DNA from: an uncultured Staphylococcus sp.
GTDB taxonomy: Bacteria > Bacteroidota > Bacteroidia > Bacteroidales > Muribaculaceae
Assembly: GCA_964552825.1 (NCBI GenBank)
Contig: CAZKIE010000004.1
Span: 56,964 to 120,963 of the forward strand
Direction of reading: 5' to 3'
Length of the DNA stretch: 64,000 bases
Both the position numbers and the translations under genes were made by a program. This document shows, piece by piece, positions 50,020 to 60,348 of the stretch; within the stretch, counting starts at the first letter, position 1; the number at the start of each line of letters is the position of its first letter. The notes beneath the pieces were generated by a model. That model saw only the letters and a list, made by a program, of their open reading frames with translations, was not told where the DNA came from and did no database searches.

Positions 50020-50217
50020 GCAGGTGTTTTCTCCGGATAGGTGGATAGATTTTGTGCTGGTCAGTGCATACAGGACGAAGCGTTCTGCTTGAATGTCGCA
50101 AAGATAGTGAAAAAATGCAAATCGGCAAAAAAATAATTCAAACCGGTTTTCACAATGCTACTTATAACTTTGTTAAATCAATAATAATTGCTAACTTTGC
50201 AAAAAAGACGAGATAAT

Positions 50218-50370
50218 ATGTCACGACCGATTAAAGAAACTCCTATATTGTATGGCGATGATGCCAGGCGCTTTGAGCAACGTATGCAGAATCCGCCAAA
50301 AGTATCAGCCGAAAAAAGAGCTGAAATCCGTCGTTCTTATGAGACCGTTCGTAAAATGATGGTTGATTAA
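50218..50370 (+). CDS. Small putative antitoxin
   Basis: 50 aa MSRPIKETPILYGDDARRF..., 2 bp upstream of GNAT gene, TAACTTTG box upstream. Confidence 0.6.
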   Translation: MSRPIKETPILYGDDARRFEQRMQNPPKVSAEKRAEIRRSYETVRKMMVD

Positions 50371-50372
50371 GG

Positions 50373-50921
50373 ATGACACGTGACGAATTTGAATATGCGT
50401 GCAGAGTGCGACGTCTGCAGTCAGATGATTCAATCACAGAGTTTGATTGTGGTGATGAAGATTTGAATGACTTCTTGCTGAATGAATCAGGTCTTTATCG
50501 TAGAGCGTTGTTGTCTGTAACTTATGTCGTGGAGCATAAGCGGACAAATGAAGTGCTGGCATATTTCAGTCTTTCGAATGATAAAATTTCCATATCAGAC
50601 TTTGAGAATAAGACTGAGTTCAATCGATTCCGCAAACGCAAGTTTGTTAATGAAAAAAGATTGAGAAGTTATCCGGCAATCAAAATAGGTCGTCTTGGGA
50701 TTGCCAAAATCGCACAACACCAATCAATTGGAACATATCTCCTTGAATTTATCGAGGAATACTTCATTATGGACAATAAGTCGGGATGCCGATTCGTCAC
50801 GGTTGATGCTTATGTTGATGCCATTCCATTTTATATAAAAAACAATTATCAGTTTTTAAATAATGATGATGAGGACAAACGAACTCGGGTAATGTACTTT
50901 GACCTCGCTTCGTTATTGTAA
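50373..50921 (+). CDS. GNAT acetyltransferase, TacT/AtaT-like putative toxin
   Basis: FDCGDEDLNDFL, YPAIKIGRLG, QxxxIG, TVDAY..AIPFY. Confidence 0.82.
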   Translation: MTRDEFEYACRVRRLQSDDSITEFDCGDEDLNDFLLNESGLYRRALLSVTYVVEHKRTNEVLAYFSLSNDKISISDFENKTEFNRFRKRKFVNEKRLRSYPAIKIGRLGIAKIAQHQSIGTYLLEFIEEYFIMDNKSGCRFVTVDAYVDAIPFYIKNNYQFLNNDDEDKRTRVMYFDLASLL

Positions 50922-51396
50922 ATTTCAAAATAGTAAAAAAGACTATTGAAATTTTTTGTGAAAAAAGTTTGAATAATCAGAAAAATTGTTTTACATTTGC
51001 CTCGGAATTGAGTTGGAGATATGTATTTCCATCCCATGACCGAACGTTTCTTCAAGAGCCTGTCAGAGGGTATCCGTGGGAAACACCGTAGAGAGAGTAC
51101 ATACAACACTAAGGAGTAAAGAGAGACCCATCATCCGCCGCAGTCAGCGGCCTTATCAGCAGTCATCGGGCAGTATAGCCTTATATCTTTCCGCAAATTC
51201 CAACATCACACAGGTCTTCTCCATTCATCCGGCGGTCATGGGCTGTCGGTATCGGTTACGTGCCCCTCACGCGCTGTCCCCTAATGCGTCGCCATCATTA
51301 TGGCCGCAGATACACACTTCTTTTCCGGCTTATTGAGATCACCTTGGATTTTAGAGATTATAAAAACATACAACAAAACTTTCTAAAAAACTTTGC

Positions 51397-54300
51397 ATGA
51401 AGAACATTTGTTTTCAAATGAGTCGGAAAGTGTGGCTTGCAGCCTTGCTGGCGGTGTGCTTTGCTTTCCCAGCTTTAGCGCAGAAGATTACGGTCAGTGG
51501 TACCGTGATTGACCCGGAGGGCGAACCCCTCATCGGCGCGAGTGTGCTCGTCCAGGGCGAAACGATGGGAACTGCCACGGATCTTGATGGCAATTATACC
51601 CTTCAGGTCCCTTCCGACGGCGTTCTGGTGTTCTCCTATGTGGGTTATGAGACCCAGGAGGTTCCTGTCGACGGACGCACTGTGATCGATGTCAAAATGA
51701 CCGAAAATTCCCTCATGCTCGGCGAGGTTGTGGCCATCGGTTATGGTGTGGTCAAGAAGAGCGATGCCACAGGATCGGTGGCAGTGATCAAGCCGGACGA
51801 CATCGAGGCCGGTCTCGCCACCACAGCATCCGATATGCTTGTGGGCGCAAGCCCCGGTGTGGTTGTCACCACCAACGGAGGTAATCCTACCGGCGGAGCC
51901 AAGATCCGTATCCGTGGCGGTGCATCGCTGTCGGCATCCAACGATCCTCTCATCGTGATCGACGGTGTCCCCATGAACAGCCAGGATATGGCCGGTGGAA
52001 CAAACGCGCTCACCATGGTGTCGCCTGACAATATCGAGTCCATGACGATCCTGAAAGATGCGTCGGCCACAGCCATCTATGGTAGCCGTGCATCAAACGG
52101 TGTGATCATAATCACCACCAAGAAAGGTCAGAGCGGACGTCCGCAGATCAACTTCTCGGCCAACTTCCATATAGCCAGCGCACGCAACACTCTTGACCTC
52201 ATGAATGCAAAGCAACTGCGCGAGTTTGTCAACAATTATAACAACCAGTCAGCCAAGGATAATCTCAACGCTCCCTATCTCACCGAGGAGCAGGCCATGG
52301 CGGTCAATACGGACTGGCAGAAAGAGGTGCTCCGCACGGTGTTCTCCAACGACTATTCTCTCAGCGTCGGCGGTCAGGCTGCCTGGCTTCCCTACCGCGT
52401 CAGCGCCACATTCAACGATTCCAAAGGTATCGTGAAGACATCGGAGATGAAGCGCACGACCGTGGGCTTCAACCTCAGCCCGAAATTCTTCAACGGACTT
52501 CTCTCGGTCAATGCCAATGTGAACGGAACATACGTGGACTCACAGGAAGCAGACCTCGGAGCGATAGGCGGCGCCACCACCTTCTCGCCAACACTCCCCG
52601 TCCGCACCGCTTACAGCACTGTCGATGCCCTCGGCAACCCCATATCACCTATATATAATGGTTACACCAATATCTTCGCCAACGGTATGGCCGAGACAAA
52701 TGCCGGACAGAACCCTGTCCAGCTTCTCAACGACCAGAGCAGCCGCGGCAAAGTATGGTCATCGACCGGAAATCTCCAGATCGACTATGCCCTCCACTTC
52801 CTTCCCGATCTCCACTTCAACCTCAACCTGGGATATCAGGTGAGCAAGAACACCTGGATCGACGTTGTGGATCAGAACTCCATCATGGCATGGCGCGGCA
52901 ACTACAAGGACGGTGCCGGAACACGCCACCACAAATATGAGCTTCAGCGCAACACCCTTCTTGACTTCTATGCCAACTACCGCAAGGAATTTGAGGAGAT
53001 AAAGAGCAACGTTGACGTGATGGTGGGTTATTCATGGCAGCATTTCGACTATCACGGCCGCGAGCAGACGCTCATCAACACGCTCGGCTACGATATGTCG
53101 TTTGCCGGCGGCACCTGGACCCTCATGGAGGATCAGTCCACGAAATCGCATATCGGACATTCCTACAATGACGTGCCCATGACAAGCTGGGCAGGCCCGC
53201 AGCAGCTTCTCTCCTTCTTCGGACGTCTCAACTATACGTTCGACGACACATATCTGCTCACCTTCACACTCCGCGACGATGCGTCATCGCGCTTCTCAAA
53301 GCACAACCGCTGGGGTCTCTTCCCCTCCCTTGCTCTCGGATGGAAGATCATCAATATGCCCTTCATGGAGCCTACACGCGGATGGTGGAACGACCTGAAG
53401 CTGCGTCTCGGATGGGGTGTCACCGGTCAGCAGCAGGTGTCGGGTCTGTTCCCCTATATGGCAGTCTACACAGTGTCAACCCAGCCGTTCCAGTATCTCA
53501 GCCCGACGGGCAGCGGAGAGTGGATCAACGCACTCTACCCCAAGGCCTACGATCCTGATATCAAGTGGGAGGAGACTACTACCTGGAACGTCGGACTCGA
53601 CTTCGGATTCCTCAACAACCGGATCACGGTCGCAGCCGACTGGTATATGCGCAAGACCAAGGATCTTCTGGCGTTCGTTCCCACCGGCGGCATGAACACC
53701 TCCAACTATTTCGATCGCAATATCGGTTCGCTTGAGAACACCGGTGTGGAATTCACCACCACAGCCCGTCCTGTCGTAACCAAGGATTTCACCTGGACTA
53801 CCGGTATCAACGTGGCATACAATAAGAACAAGATCACCAAGCTCACAGGCGATTCAGAGACCTCGCAGCTCGAAGCAGCCGGAACACCCTCGGGTACAGG
53901 CGGCGGCCTGCAGTTCCACCTCGTGGGATACCCGGCATATTCGTACTACGTGTATGAGCAGGTCTATGACGAGTCAGGCAATCCTCTCGAAGGCCAGTAT
54001 GTGGACCAGAATGCCGACGGTGTGATCAACGATGCCGACCGTATCGTATATCACTCTCCTGATCCCAAGTGGACTCTCTCGTGGAACAACACCTTCAACT
54101 ACAAGGAGTGGGATCTGGGCTTCGTGCTCCGCGCCAACTTCGGCAACTACGTGTACAACGGTCCCCGCTTTGACCGCACACGTCCTGTCAACAACCTCTA
54201 CCAATACCAGCTTCAGAACCTGATGGCCAACGAGTATCTCTTCACCTCCGTGGCCCCGAGCGCAGTGAGCAGCTACTACGTGGAGAACGCATCGTTCCTC

Positions 54301-54501
54301 CGCTGCGACAACATCACCCTCGGCTATACCCTCAAGAACGTACTGAAGGACGCGCTCAAACTGCGCTTCTACGCAGCCGTGCAGAATCCGTTTGTGATCA
54401 CCAAGTACAAAGGTCTGGATCCCGAGGTTAGCGGCGGTATCGACAATAATGTCTACCCCCGTCCGACAACCTATACAGTAGGCGTGGTCGCCACATTCTA
54501 A
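51397..54501 (+). CDS. susC: SusC/RagA TonB-dependent transporter
   Basis: IRIRGGAS, PLIVIDGVP, LKDASATAIYGSRASNGVIIITTK, KWEETTTWNVGLD, terminal Phe. Confidence 0.96.
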   Translation: MKNICFQMSRKVWLAALLAVCFAFPALAQKITVSGTVIDPEGEPLIGASVLVQGETMGTATDLDGNYTLQVPSDGVLVFSYVGYETQEVPVDGRTVIDVKMTENSLMLGEVVAIGYGVVKKSDATGSVAVIKPDDIEAGLATTASDMLVGASPGVVVTTNGGNPTGGAKIRIRGGASLSASNDPLIVIDGVPMNSQDMAGGTNALTMVSPDNIESMTILKDASATAIYGSRASNGVIIITTKKGQSGRPQINFSANFHIASARNTLDLMNAKQLREFVNNYNNQSAKDNLNAPYLTEEQAMAVNTDWQKEVLRTVFSNDYSLSVGGQAAWLPYRVSATFNDSKGIVKTSEMKRTTVGFNLSPKFFNGLLSVNANVNGTYVDSQEADLGAIGGATTFSPTLPVRTAYSTVDALGNPISPIYNGYTNIFANGMAETNAGQNPVQLLNDQSSRGKVWSSTGNLQIDYALHFLPDLHFNLNLGYQVSKNTWIDVVDQNSIMAWRGNYKDGAGTRHHKYELQRNTLLDFYANYRKEFEEIKSNVDVMVGYSWQHFDYHGREQTLINTLGYDMSFAGGTWTLMEDQSTKSHIGHSYNDVPMTSWAGPQQLLSFFGRLNYTFDDTYLLTFTLRDDASSRFSKHNRWGLFPSLALGWKIINMPFMEPTRGWWNDLKLRLGWGVTGQQQVSGLFPYMAVYTVSTQPFQYLSPTGSGEWINALYPKAYDPDIKWEETTTWNVGLDFGFLNNRITVAADWYMRKTKDLLAFVPTGGMNTSNYFDRNIGSLENTGVEFTTTARPVVTKDFTWTTGINVAYNKNKITKLTGDSETSQLEAAGTPSGTGGGLQFHLVGYPAYSYYVYEQVYDESGNPLEGQYVDQNADGVINDADRIVYHSPDPKWTLSWNNTFNYKEWDLGFVLRANFGNYVYNGPRFDRTRPVNNLYQYQLQNLMANEYLFTSVAPSAVSSYYVENASFLRCDNITLGYTLKNVLKDALKLRFYAAVQNPFVITKYKGLDPEVSGGIDNNVYPRPTTYTVGVVATF

Positions 54502-54534
54502 CAAGTTCCACCCAACTACATCAACTCTGAATCA

Positions 54535-56358
54535 ATGAAAAAATACAATAAATATTTCATCACGATGGGCATCGCGGCCTCAGCGTTGGCAATGGGCTCC
54601 TGTGTGGGCGACCTTGACCTGCTTCCGTCCGATCCCCGTGAGATCACAGCCGCCGACTTCGGCTCTGATCCCGAGAGCTACATGAATTCAGTGCTCGCCG
54701 ATGTGTATATGCAGTTTGCCACATACGGAGCCAACGGTACGGCCTCGGTCAACAATTTCGACGGAGGTATGTCAACATTCCAGCGTGCCATCTTCAACCT
54801 TGAGGAGGTTCCGACCGACGAGGCCAACTGGCTCCCTCAGGACGACGTGGACTTCGCCACCCTCCAGTATGGAACCGTTGCCGCAAACAACAAGGTGCTC
54901 GTCGGCACCTACGGCCGTCTGGTGATCAACATCTCTCTCTGCAACGACTTCATCCAGACAGTCAAGAACGGTTATTTCAAGCTCAATACCCCCGAGCTTG
55001 AGGCGATGGCCGATGATTATATCCGCCAGTGCCGCATCTTGCGCGGCGGCTGCTACTACTATATGCTGTCGCTCTTCGGCAATGTGCCCTACGCTGACGA
55101 GACTTCCACTATCGGTGCCGTGGCTCCCCAGCTGAGCCGTGCCGAGGCGTTCGACCGTGTCGTGGCTGACCTTGAGGAAGTGTCCGCTTCCTACGCAACC
55201 ACCCCCTCTACAACCCACTGGGGATTTGTCGGTCAGGATGCCTGTGACGCCATCCTCGCCAAGCTCTATCTCAATGCAGAGCTTTTCACCGGCACCGCCC
55301 AGTGGGCCAAGTGTCTTGAGAAGGCTAACGCCGTGATCAACCGCCTGAAAGGATCCGGCTTCCACGGATCAGGTCTGGCAAACAATTATCACTGCCTTTT
55401 CGCCGCCAACAACCGCGACTACGCCATCGGCGGATCCAATGCGGTGAGCGAGAATATATGGGTGATACCCTCCAGCGAGGCCAACCTGAAGAACTATTCC
55501 GGTTCCACACTGCTCATCGAGGGCTTCATAGCCTCACAGGGAGTACAGGTGACACTCGCAGAGCCTAAAGCCTCTGATTATGAGAAGACCGAGGACTACA
55601 ACAAGGCTGTGGAGAAATATGAAAAGGCCGCTGACTGGGAGAAGACCATCTCCTACAGCTTCAACGGAGTGGACTACTCGTTCAATCCCGAGAGCAAGGG
55701 CTGCTGCCTCAACACCTGGTACAATGTGGCTCAGTCGGGATGGAAGTGTATGACCGCCCGCGAGGAATTCACTGACAAGTTCGACTGGCTCGACGAGGAG
55801 TGCTCACAGTCCGACGACCTCCGCGTGAAGAACTGGATGACCTCATTCTTCGGTTTCGAGAAATCCAACGAGGCCCTCGACCAGAACCACTTCGGCTCGA
55901 ACGGTTATCTGCCCCTCAAGTATACCAACTACAACCTTGACGAGGATGGCAACGTGATCGACACTCCTGCAGGACAGGACTGCGCCGACGCCGACTACGT
56001 GGTGATCCGTCTCGCCGAGATGTATCTCACTGCCGCCGAGGCCATCCTGAATGGAGCCGGAGAGAAGAACACCGCCCTCACATATGTCAACTATATCCGT
56101 CAGCGCGCCGGACTCTCACCCTGGGTGAGCGCGGATCTCACGCTTGAGACTCTTCAGGACGAACGCTGCCGCGAGCTCTATACCGAAAACTGCCGCCGCA
56201 CCGACCTGCTCCGCTACGGCAAGTATATCTCAGGCTATACATGGAGCTGGAAGGGTGGCACCCGCGAAGGATCCGACCTTCCCCCGACCGCAGGTCTCTA
56301 TCCTCTGCCCAGCACCGTGGTGAATCTCGCGGGCTACAAGCAGAACCCCGGTTACTAA
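54535..56358 (+). CDS. susD: SusD/RagB lipoprotein
   Basis: Lipobox GSC, LFGNVP, RLAEMYLTAAEA, ERCRELYTENCRRTDLLRYG, QNPGY. Confidence 0.94.
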   Translation: MKKYNKYFITMGIAASALAMGSCVGDLDLLPSDPREITAADFGSDPESYMNSVLADVYMQFATYGANGTASVNNFDGGMSTFQRAIFNLEEVPTDEANWLPQDDVDFATLQYGTVAANNKVLVGTYGRLVINISLCNDFIQTVKNGYFKLNTPELEAMADDYIRQCRILRGGCYYYMLSLFGNVPYADETSTIGAVAPQLSRAEAFDRVVADLEEVSASYATTPSTTHWGFVGQDACDAILAKLYLNAELFTGTAQWAKCLEKANAVINRLKGSGFHGSGLANNYHCLFAANNRDYAIGGSNAVSENIWVIPSSEANLKNYSGSTLLIEGFIASQGVQVTLAEPKASDYEKTEDYNKAVEKYEKAADWEKTISYSFNGVDYSFNPESKGCCLNTWYNVAQSGWKCMTAREEFTDKFDWLDEECSQSDDLRVKNWMTSFFGFEKSNEALDQNHFGSNGYLPLKYTNYNLDEDGNVIDTPAGQDCADADYVVIRLAEMYLTAAEAILNGAGEKNTALTYVNYIRQRAGLSPWVSADLTLETLQDERCRELYTENCRRTDLLRYGKYISGYTWSWKGGTREGSDLPPTAGLYPLPSTVVNLAGYKQNPGY

Positions 56359-56385
56359 TCTCCCCACACTCTAACCTTTCAGTCA

Positions 56386-57678
56386 ATGAAAATGAAAAAA
56401 CTATATATTTTCGCGGCTATCGCAGCCACGGCTTTAGGCTTCACAGCGTGTGAGGACGACAAGGAGCCTGTCTACAGCGAGCCCACAGAGTTTGTGCTCA
56501 ACACACCTCCCATGGCAGGTCAGACTGTCATACTTCAGGAAGGAGATCTGGTGAATTTCACCTGCACGCAGCCCAACTACGGAGTGTCGCTAATCACCAA
56601 CTATGTGCTTGATGTCACCACAGCCGATGAGTTTGTGGAGGCTTCCGGCGACGAAGAAGCCAACTACAAGACGGTGAATCCCGCCGTGGCCAACCTCGCC
56701 AACTTCAATATTAAAGCCGAAGATCTCTCGAAGGCCCTCCTCCAGCTTGCCGGAATCGACGGATATGCATCCTATCCGACCGACGGGAATCCCGTGTATG
56801 AGGATGTCAAGGTGCGCTGCCGCGCTTACCTCACCGGAATCGAAGGGAGCGAGATCGCATCCAACGTGGTGACTCTTACAGGAGTGCAGGTCTACAATCC
56901 TTATCCCGCCGTCCCGCGCTTCATCTATCTTGTGGGTAATCCGAACGGATGGACCGAGCCGAGCGCCGGCAATGCAAACGCATTGGAGGCCTGGGCTATC
57001 GAGGAAACAGGTGTCGGCACCGACATCTACATGGGTTCACTCTCGATCCCCGAAGGCGAGCAGTATTTCCGCTTCTATCTCGGTCTGGAAGGCTGGGGCA
57101 GCGACAACGCTCTTCCCTCCATCGGCCCGAACGGTGTGGACGGCGATAATACCCCGATCTCCTTCTCCGATACCCCGCAGGTCTACAAGGCCGTTCCCGG
57201 CAAGGGTTCATGGTGCACCTCCGAGTCGTTTGCAGGCGGTGACGTGACCTTCACACTCGACATGACCGAGGCTGACAACTGGACACTCACCGTAGTGCTC
57301 GGCGCGATGGTCAAGGAGAGCTATATGTATCTCTGCGGCAATTTCCCATGGTGCAACTGGGTTGAACCGAGTGCCGGAAATGCAAGCCAGTATGAAGATC
57401 TGCGTCTGATCGACCGTGGAGAGACCGGCGTCTACACCAATACCTTCGATCTCGACGCGATGGATCTCTACTTCCGCGTGTATCCCGAGCTTACGGGCTG
57501 GGGCGACACACCCTATTCATCGGACAACGGAGGAGCTGATCTGACCATGACTGTCGGTCAGGCATACAATTATGTCACCGGTCAGGGATGCTGGTACGTA
57601 AACTGGACCGGAGGCGAACTGACCTTCACACTCGACACCAAGGCGGGAACGATGACAGTCACTTCCGCCGGGGAATAA
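56386..57678 (+). CDS. SusE-like surface glycan-binding lipoprotein
   Basis: Lipobox TAC-EDDKEP, FVLNTP N-domain, two similar YLxGN..W.EPSAGNA modules. Confidence 0.8.
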   Translation: MKMKKLYIFAAIAATALGFTACEDDKEPVYSEPTEFVLNTPPMAGQTVILQEGDLVNFTCTQPNYGVSLITNYVLDVTTADEFVEASGDEEANYKTVNPAVANLANFNIKAEDLSKALLQLAGIDGYASYPTDGNPVYEDVKVRCRAYLTGIEGSEIASNVVTLTGVQVYNPYPAVPRFIYLVGNPNGWTEPSAGNANALEAWAIEETGVGTDIYMGSLSIPEGEQYFRFYLGLEGWGSDNALPSIGPNGVDGDNTPISFSDTPQVYKAVPGKGSWCTSESFAGGDVTFTLDMTEADNWTLTVVLGAMVKESYMYLCGNFPWCNWVEPSAGNASQYEDLRLIDRGETGVYTNTFDLDAMDLYFRVYPELTGWGDTPYSSDNGGADLTMTVGQAYNYVTGQGCWYVNWTGGELTFTLDTKAGTMTVTSAGE

Positions 57679-57705
57679 CACTAACCACACTATTAATATT
57701 CGATA

Positions 57706-59193
57706 ATGAAAAAGACAGCATTATTCTCGATATTCGCTCTCGGGCTTGCGATGGTGTCGTGTGAGGATTTCGATTATCCCAATCCGCCCGCGCAGTCCAA
57801 CGAGCAGCTTCCCGTGCTTGATGCATCGGGTGTGACTGTGGCGCAGACAGCCAACAGCCAGCCATTGGATCTCAAGGCACTCACCGAGGCCGGACAGACT
57901 ATATCGCTCGGACAGCTCAGTACGTCGGGCGACTTCGATCCCTCGCTCTATACGTTCACGTTCGGAGCGGAGATGGCTACAAGCGAAGCCTTCTCTGATG
58001 CAAAGGAGATAGACTGCGCCACGACGGCTAACAATACAGCCACCGTGCTTCCCGATGATGTGGAGGCAGCGTTCAAGGAACTGTTCAACACGATAGCCCC
58101 GGATGAAAAGACCGCCTGGTTCCGCCTGAAGGCCTACGCGCAGGACAAAGAGACCGGCACGAAGTATCGTATCGGTGGCGAGAAGCAGTTCTATGCCACG
58201 CAGAGCCTTTCGGTGCTTCCCTACGATCCGGGCTTCACCGTAGAAGAGAAATACTACATCATCGGAACGGCTACCGGTGGCCAGATCAAGGCTGAGGGAG
58301 CCATCGCGATGGTCAACGGCGGAGGTTCGCCCTACGATGATCCCGAGTTTACCGCTTTCGTGACCGTGACAGCCGAGCAGGCAGCGGCCGGCTACAACTG
58401 GGCTGTCGTGCCTGAGTCGACCATGGCAGCCGGATCGGGAGTGGTGATGGCACCGACCGTAGAATATGTAGGAGAATCGACCGAAGGATTCCTCAGCGAC
58501 CAGAGCTCGACCGGCAACTGGAATACCATCTATACAGAAGGTACGTATATGATCACCGTAGACGTCAAGCCCAACGACGCCGGCAACTATGAGTTCAGCT
58601 ATATCGTGGCTCTCGACTACCTGTATGTCAACGGTAACGGAAACGGTTGGGATTTCAGCGGAGCGTCGACGCTCTATACCTCCGACTATAAGGCTTATAC
58701 CGGATATGCCTACCTGAACGGTGACTTCAAGATAGTCAAGGCCCTCGATTGGGATCACGGCGACTACGGCGGCAATGCTGACGGAGAGCTGACCAACGGT
58801 GGCGACAACATCCCCGGACCTGATCCCGCAGGACTCTACTGGATTGATGCCAACGTATCGAAAATGACATACTCTCTGACCGAGATCACCACATACGGCA
58901 TCATCGGCAGCGCCACCGAGGCAGGCTGGGATGCGTCGATAGCCATGACTCCCGACGAGACATACACTAAGTGGAGCATCACCGCGGTCCTGACGGCAGG
59001 CGAGTTCAAATTCCGCGCCAACGATGGCTGGGATCTGAACCAGGGCGGTCTCGGAGTGGACAGCACACCTCAGGAGCCGGTGCTTGAGACAACGCAGAAC
59101 GGATCGAACATCGTGATCAGCGATGCCGGCACATACGACATCGTGCTCGATCTCTCGAAGTACCCCTATACCTGCACACTGACCAAGAAGTAA
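57706..59193 (+). CDS. SusF-like (DUF5115) surface lipoprotein
   Basis: Lipobox VSC, NPPAQSNEQ, GIIGSATEAGWD, FKFRANDGWDLN motifs. Confidence 0.8.
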   Translation: MKKTALFSIFALGLAMVSCEDFDYPNPPAQSNEQLPVLDASGVTVAQTANSQPLDLKALTEAGQTISLGQLSTSGDFDPSLYTFTFGAEMATSEAFSDAKEIDCATTANNTATVLPDDVEAAFKELFNTIAPDEKTAWFRLKAYAQDKETGTKYRIGGEKQFYATQSLSVLPYDPGFTVEEKYYIIGTATGGQIKAEGAIAMVNGGGSPYDDPEFTAFVTVTAEQAAAGYNWAVVPESTMAAGSGVVMAPTVEYVGESTEGFLSDQSSTGNWNTIYTEGTYMITVDVKPNDAGNYEFSYIVALDYLYVNGNGNGWDFSGASTLYTSDYKAYTGYAYLNGDFKIVKALDWDHGDYGGNADGELTNGGDNIPGPDPAGLYWIDANVSKMTYSLTEITTYGIIGSATEAGWDASIAMTPDETYTKWSITAVLTAGEFKFRANDGWDLNQGGLGVDSTPQEPVLETTQNGSNIVISDAGTYDIVLDLSKYPYTCTLTKK

Positions 59194-59227
59194 GCGACAG
59201 CGAAAACTAAAACACCCTCTGATAGCG

Positions 59228-59272
59228 CCGCCCGGCCAGTCTCCATGATCTGGAACTGACCGGGCGGCTTCT
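59228..59272 (+). terminator. Stem-loop after Sus operon
   Basis: GCCGCCCGGCCAGT...ACTGACCGGGCGGC. Confidence 0.65.
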
Positions 59273-59345
59273 ATGCCGCTTTTTCGCCGGATATGCCGGA
59301 TTTTTGCCAGAAATTATTTAACTTTGCGGGCAAAATGAAAGGAAA

Positions 59346-60209
59346 ATGGAGAAAAATGATACAGCTGTGCTCAGGATGCACTGTCCTGACCAACCGGGAA
59401 TAATAGCCGTCATTACGGAGTTCATCACTTCCAACCGTGGCAATATCCTCTACCTTGACCAGTATGTGGACCGAGTGAACCGCATATTCTATATGCGTGT
59501 GGAGTGGGATCTGGAGGATTTCCTTATCCCCAAAGAGAAGCTGAAGGATTATTTCCACACGCTGTATGCCTCACGGTATGAGCTGACGTACAGGCTGAGC
59601 TTCACGTCCCATCGCCAGCGCATGGCCATCTTCGTGTCCAAGATGTCACATTGTCTCTATGACCTTCTGTCGAGGTATATATCCGGCGAATGGGCGGTGG
59701 AGATTCCGCTGATCATATCCAATCATCCGGATCTGGCCATAGTCGGGAAGCAGTTCGACATACCGTTTGAGGTGATCCCCGTCAACCGTGAGAACAAGGC
59801 GGAGATGGAGCAGCGGGAGTTCGAACTGCTCGAGAAGCATAAGGTTGATTTCATAGTCCTGGCCCGCTATATGCAGGTGCTTTCCGAGGATTTCATCAAC
59901 CGCTATCCCAACCGCATCATCAACATACACCATTCGTTTCTGCCGGCGTTCATAGGTGCGAAGCCTTACCACCAGGCTTTTGAGCGTGGTGTGAAGCTGA
60001 TAGGCGCGACGAGCCATTATGTGACTTCCGAGCTTGACGCGGGTCCGATCATCGAGCAGGATATCGTGAGGATCACACATAAGGATACGGTGGAGGATCT
60101 TGTGAAGAAGGGGCGCGATTTGGAGAAGATCGTGCTGTCGCGGGCTGTGGAGAAGCAGATCCAGCGCAAGATTCTTACGTATGGCAACAAGACGGTGGTG
60201 TTTAATTAG
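59346..60209 (+). CDS. purU: Formyltetrahydrofolate deformylase
   Basis: CPDQPGII ACT domain, HCLYDLL, LARYMQVLS, INIHHSFLPAF, GATSHYVT. Confidence 0.96.
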   Translation: MEKNDTAVLRMHCPDQPGIIAVITEFITSNRGNILYLDQYVDRVNRIFYMRVEWDLEDFLIPKEKLKDYFHTLYASRYELTYRLSFTSHRQRMAIFVSKMSHCLYDLLSRYISGEWAVEIPLIISNHPDLAIVGKQFDIPFEVIPVNRENKAEMEQREFELLEKHKVDFIVLARYMQVLSEDFINRYPNRIINIHHSFLPAFIGAKPYHQAFERGVKLIGATSHYVTSELDAGPIIEQDIVRITHKDTVEDLVKKGRDLEKIVLSRAVEKQIQRKILTYGNKTVVFN

Positions 60210-60348
60210 GCAAGGGAGGCGAGGGAGGTTATAAAGGCAAGGGGGGTATAAGGTTATAAAGGCAAGGGAGGTTATGGAGGTTAAAAGGCAAGGGAGGTTA
60301 AAGGGCAAGGGGGTTATAAAGGCAAGGGAGGTTATAAAGGCAAGGGGG
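60208..60348. repeat. Degenerate ~18-bp purine-rich tandem repeat
   Basis: About seven AAAGGCAAGGGAGGTTAT-like units filling the gap between convergent genes. Confidence 0.85.
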
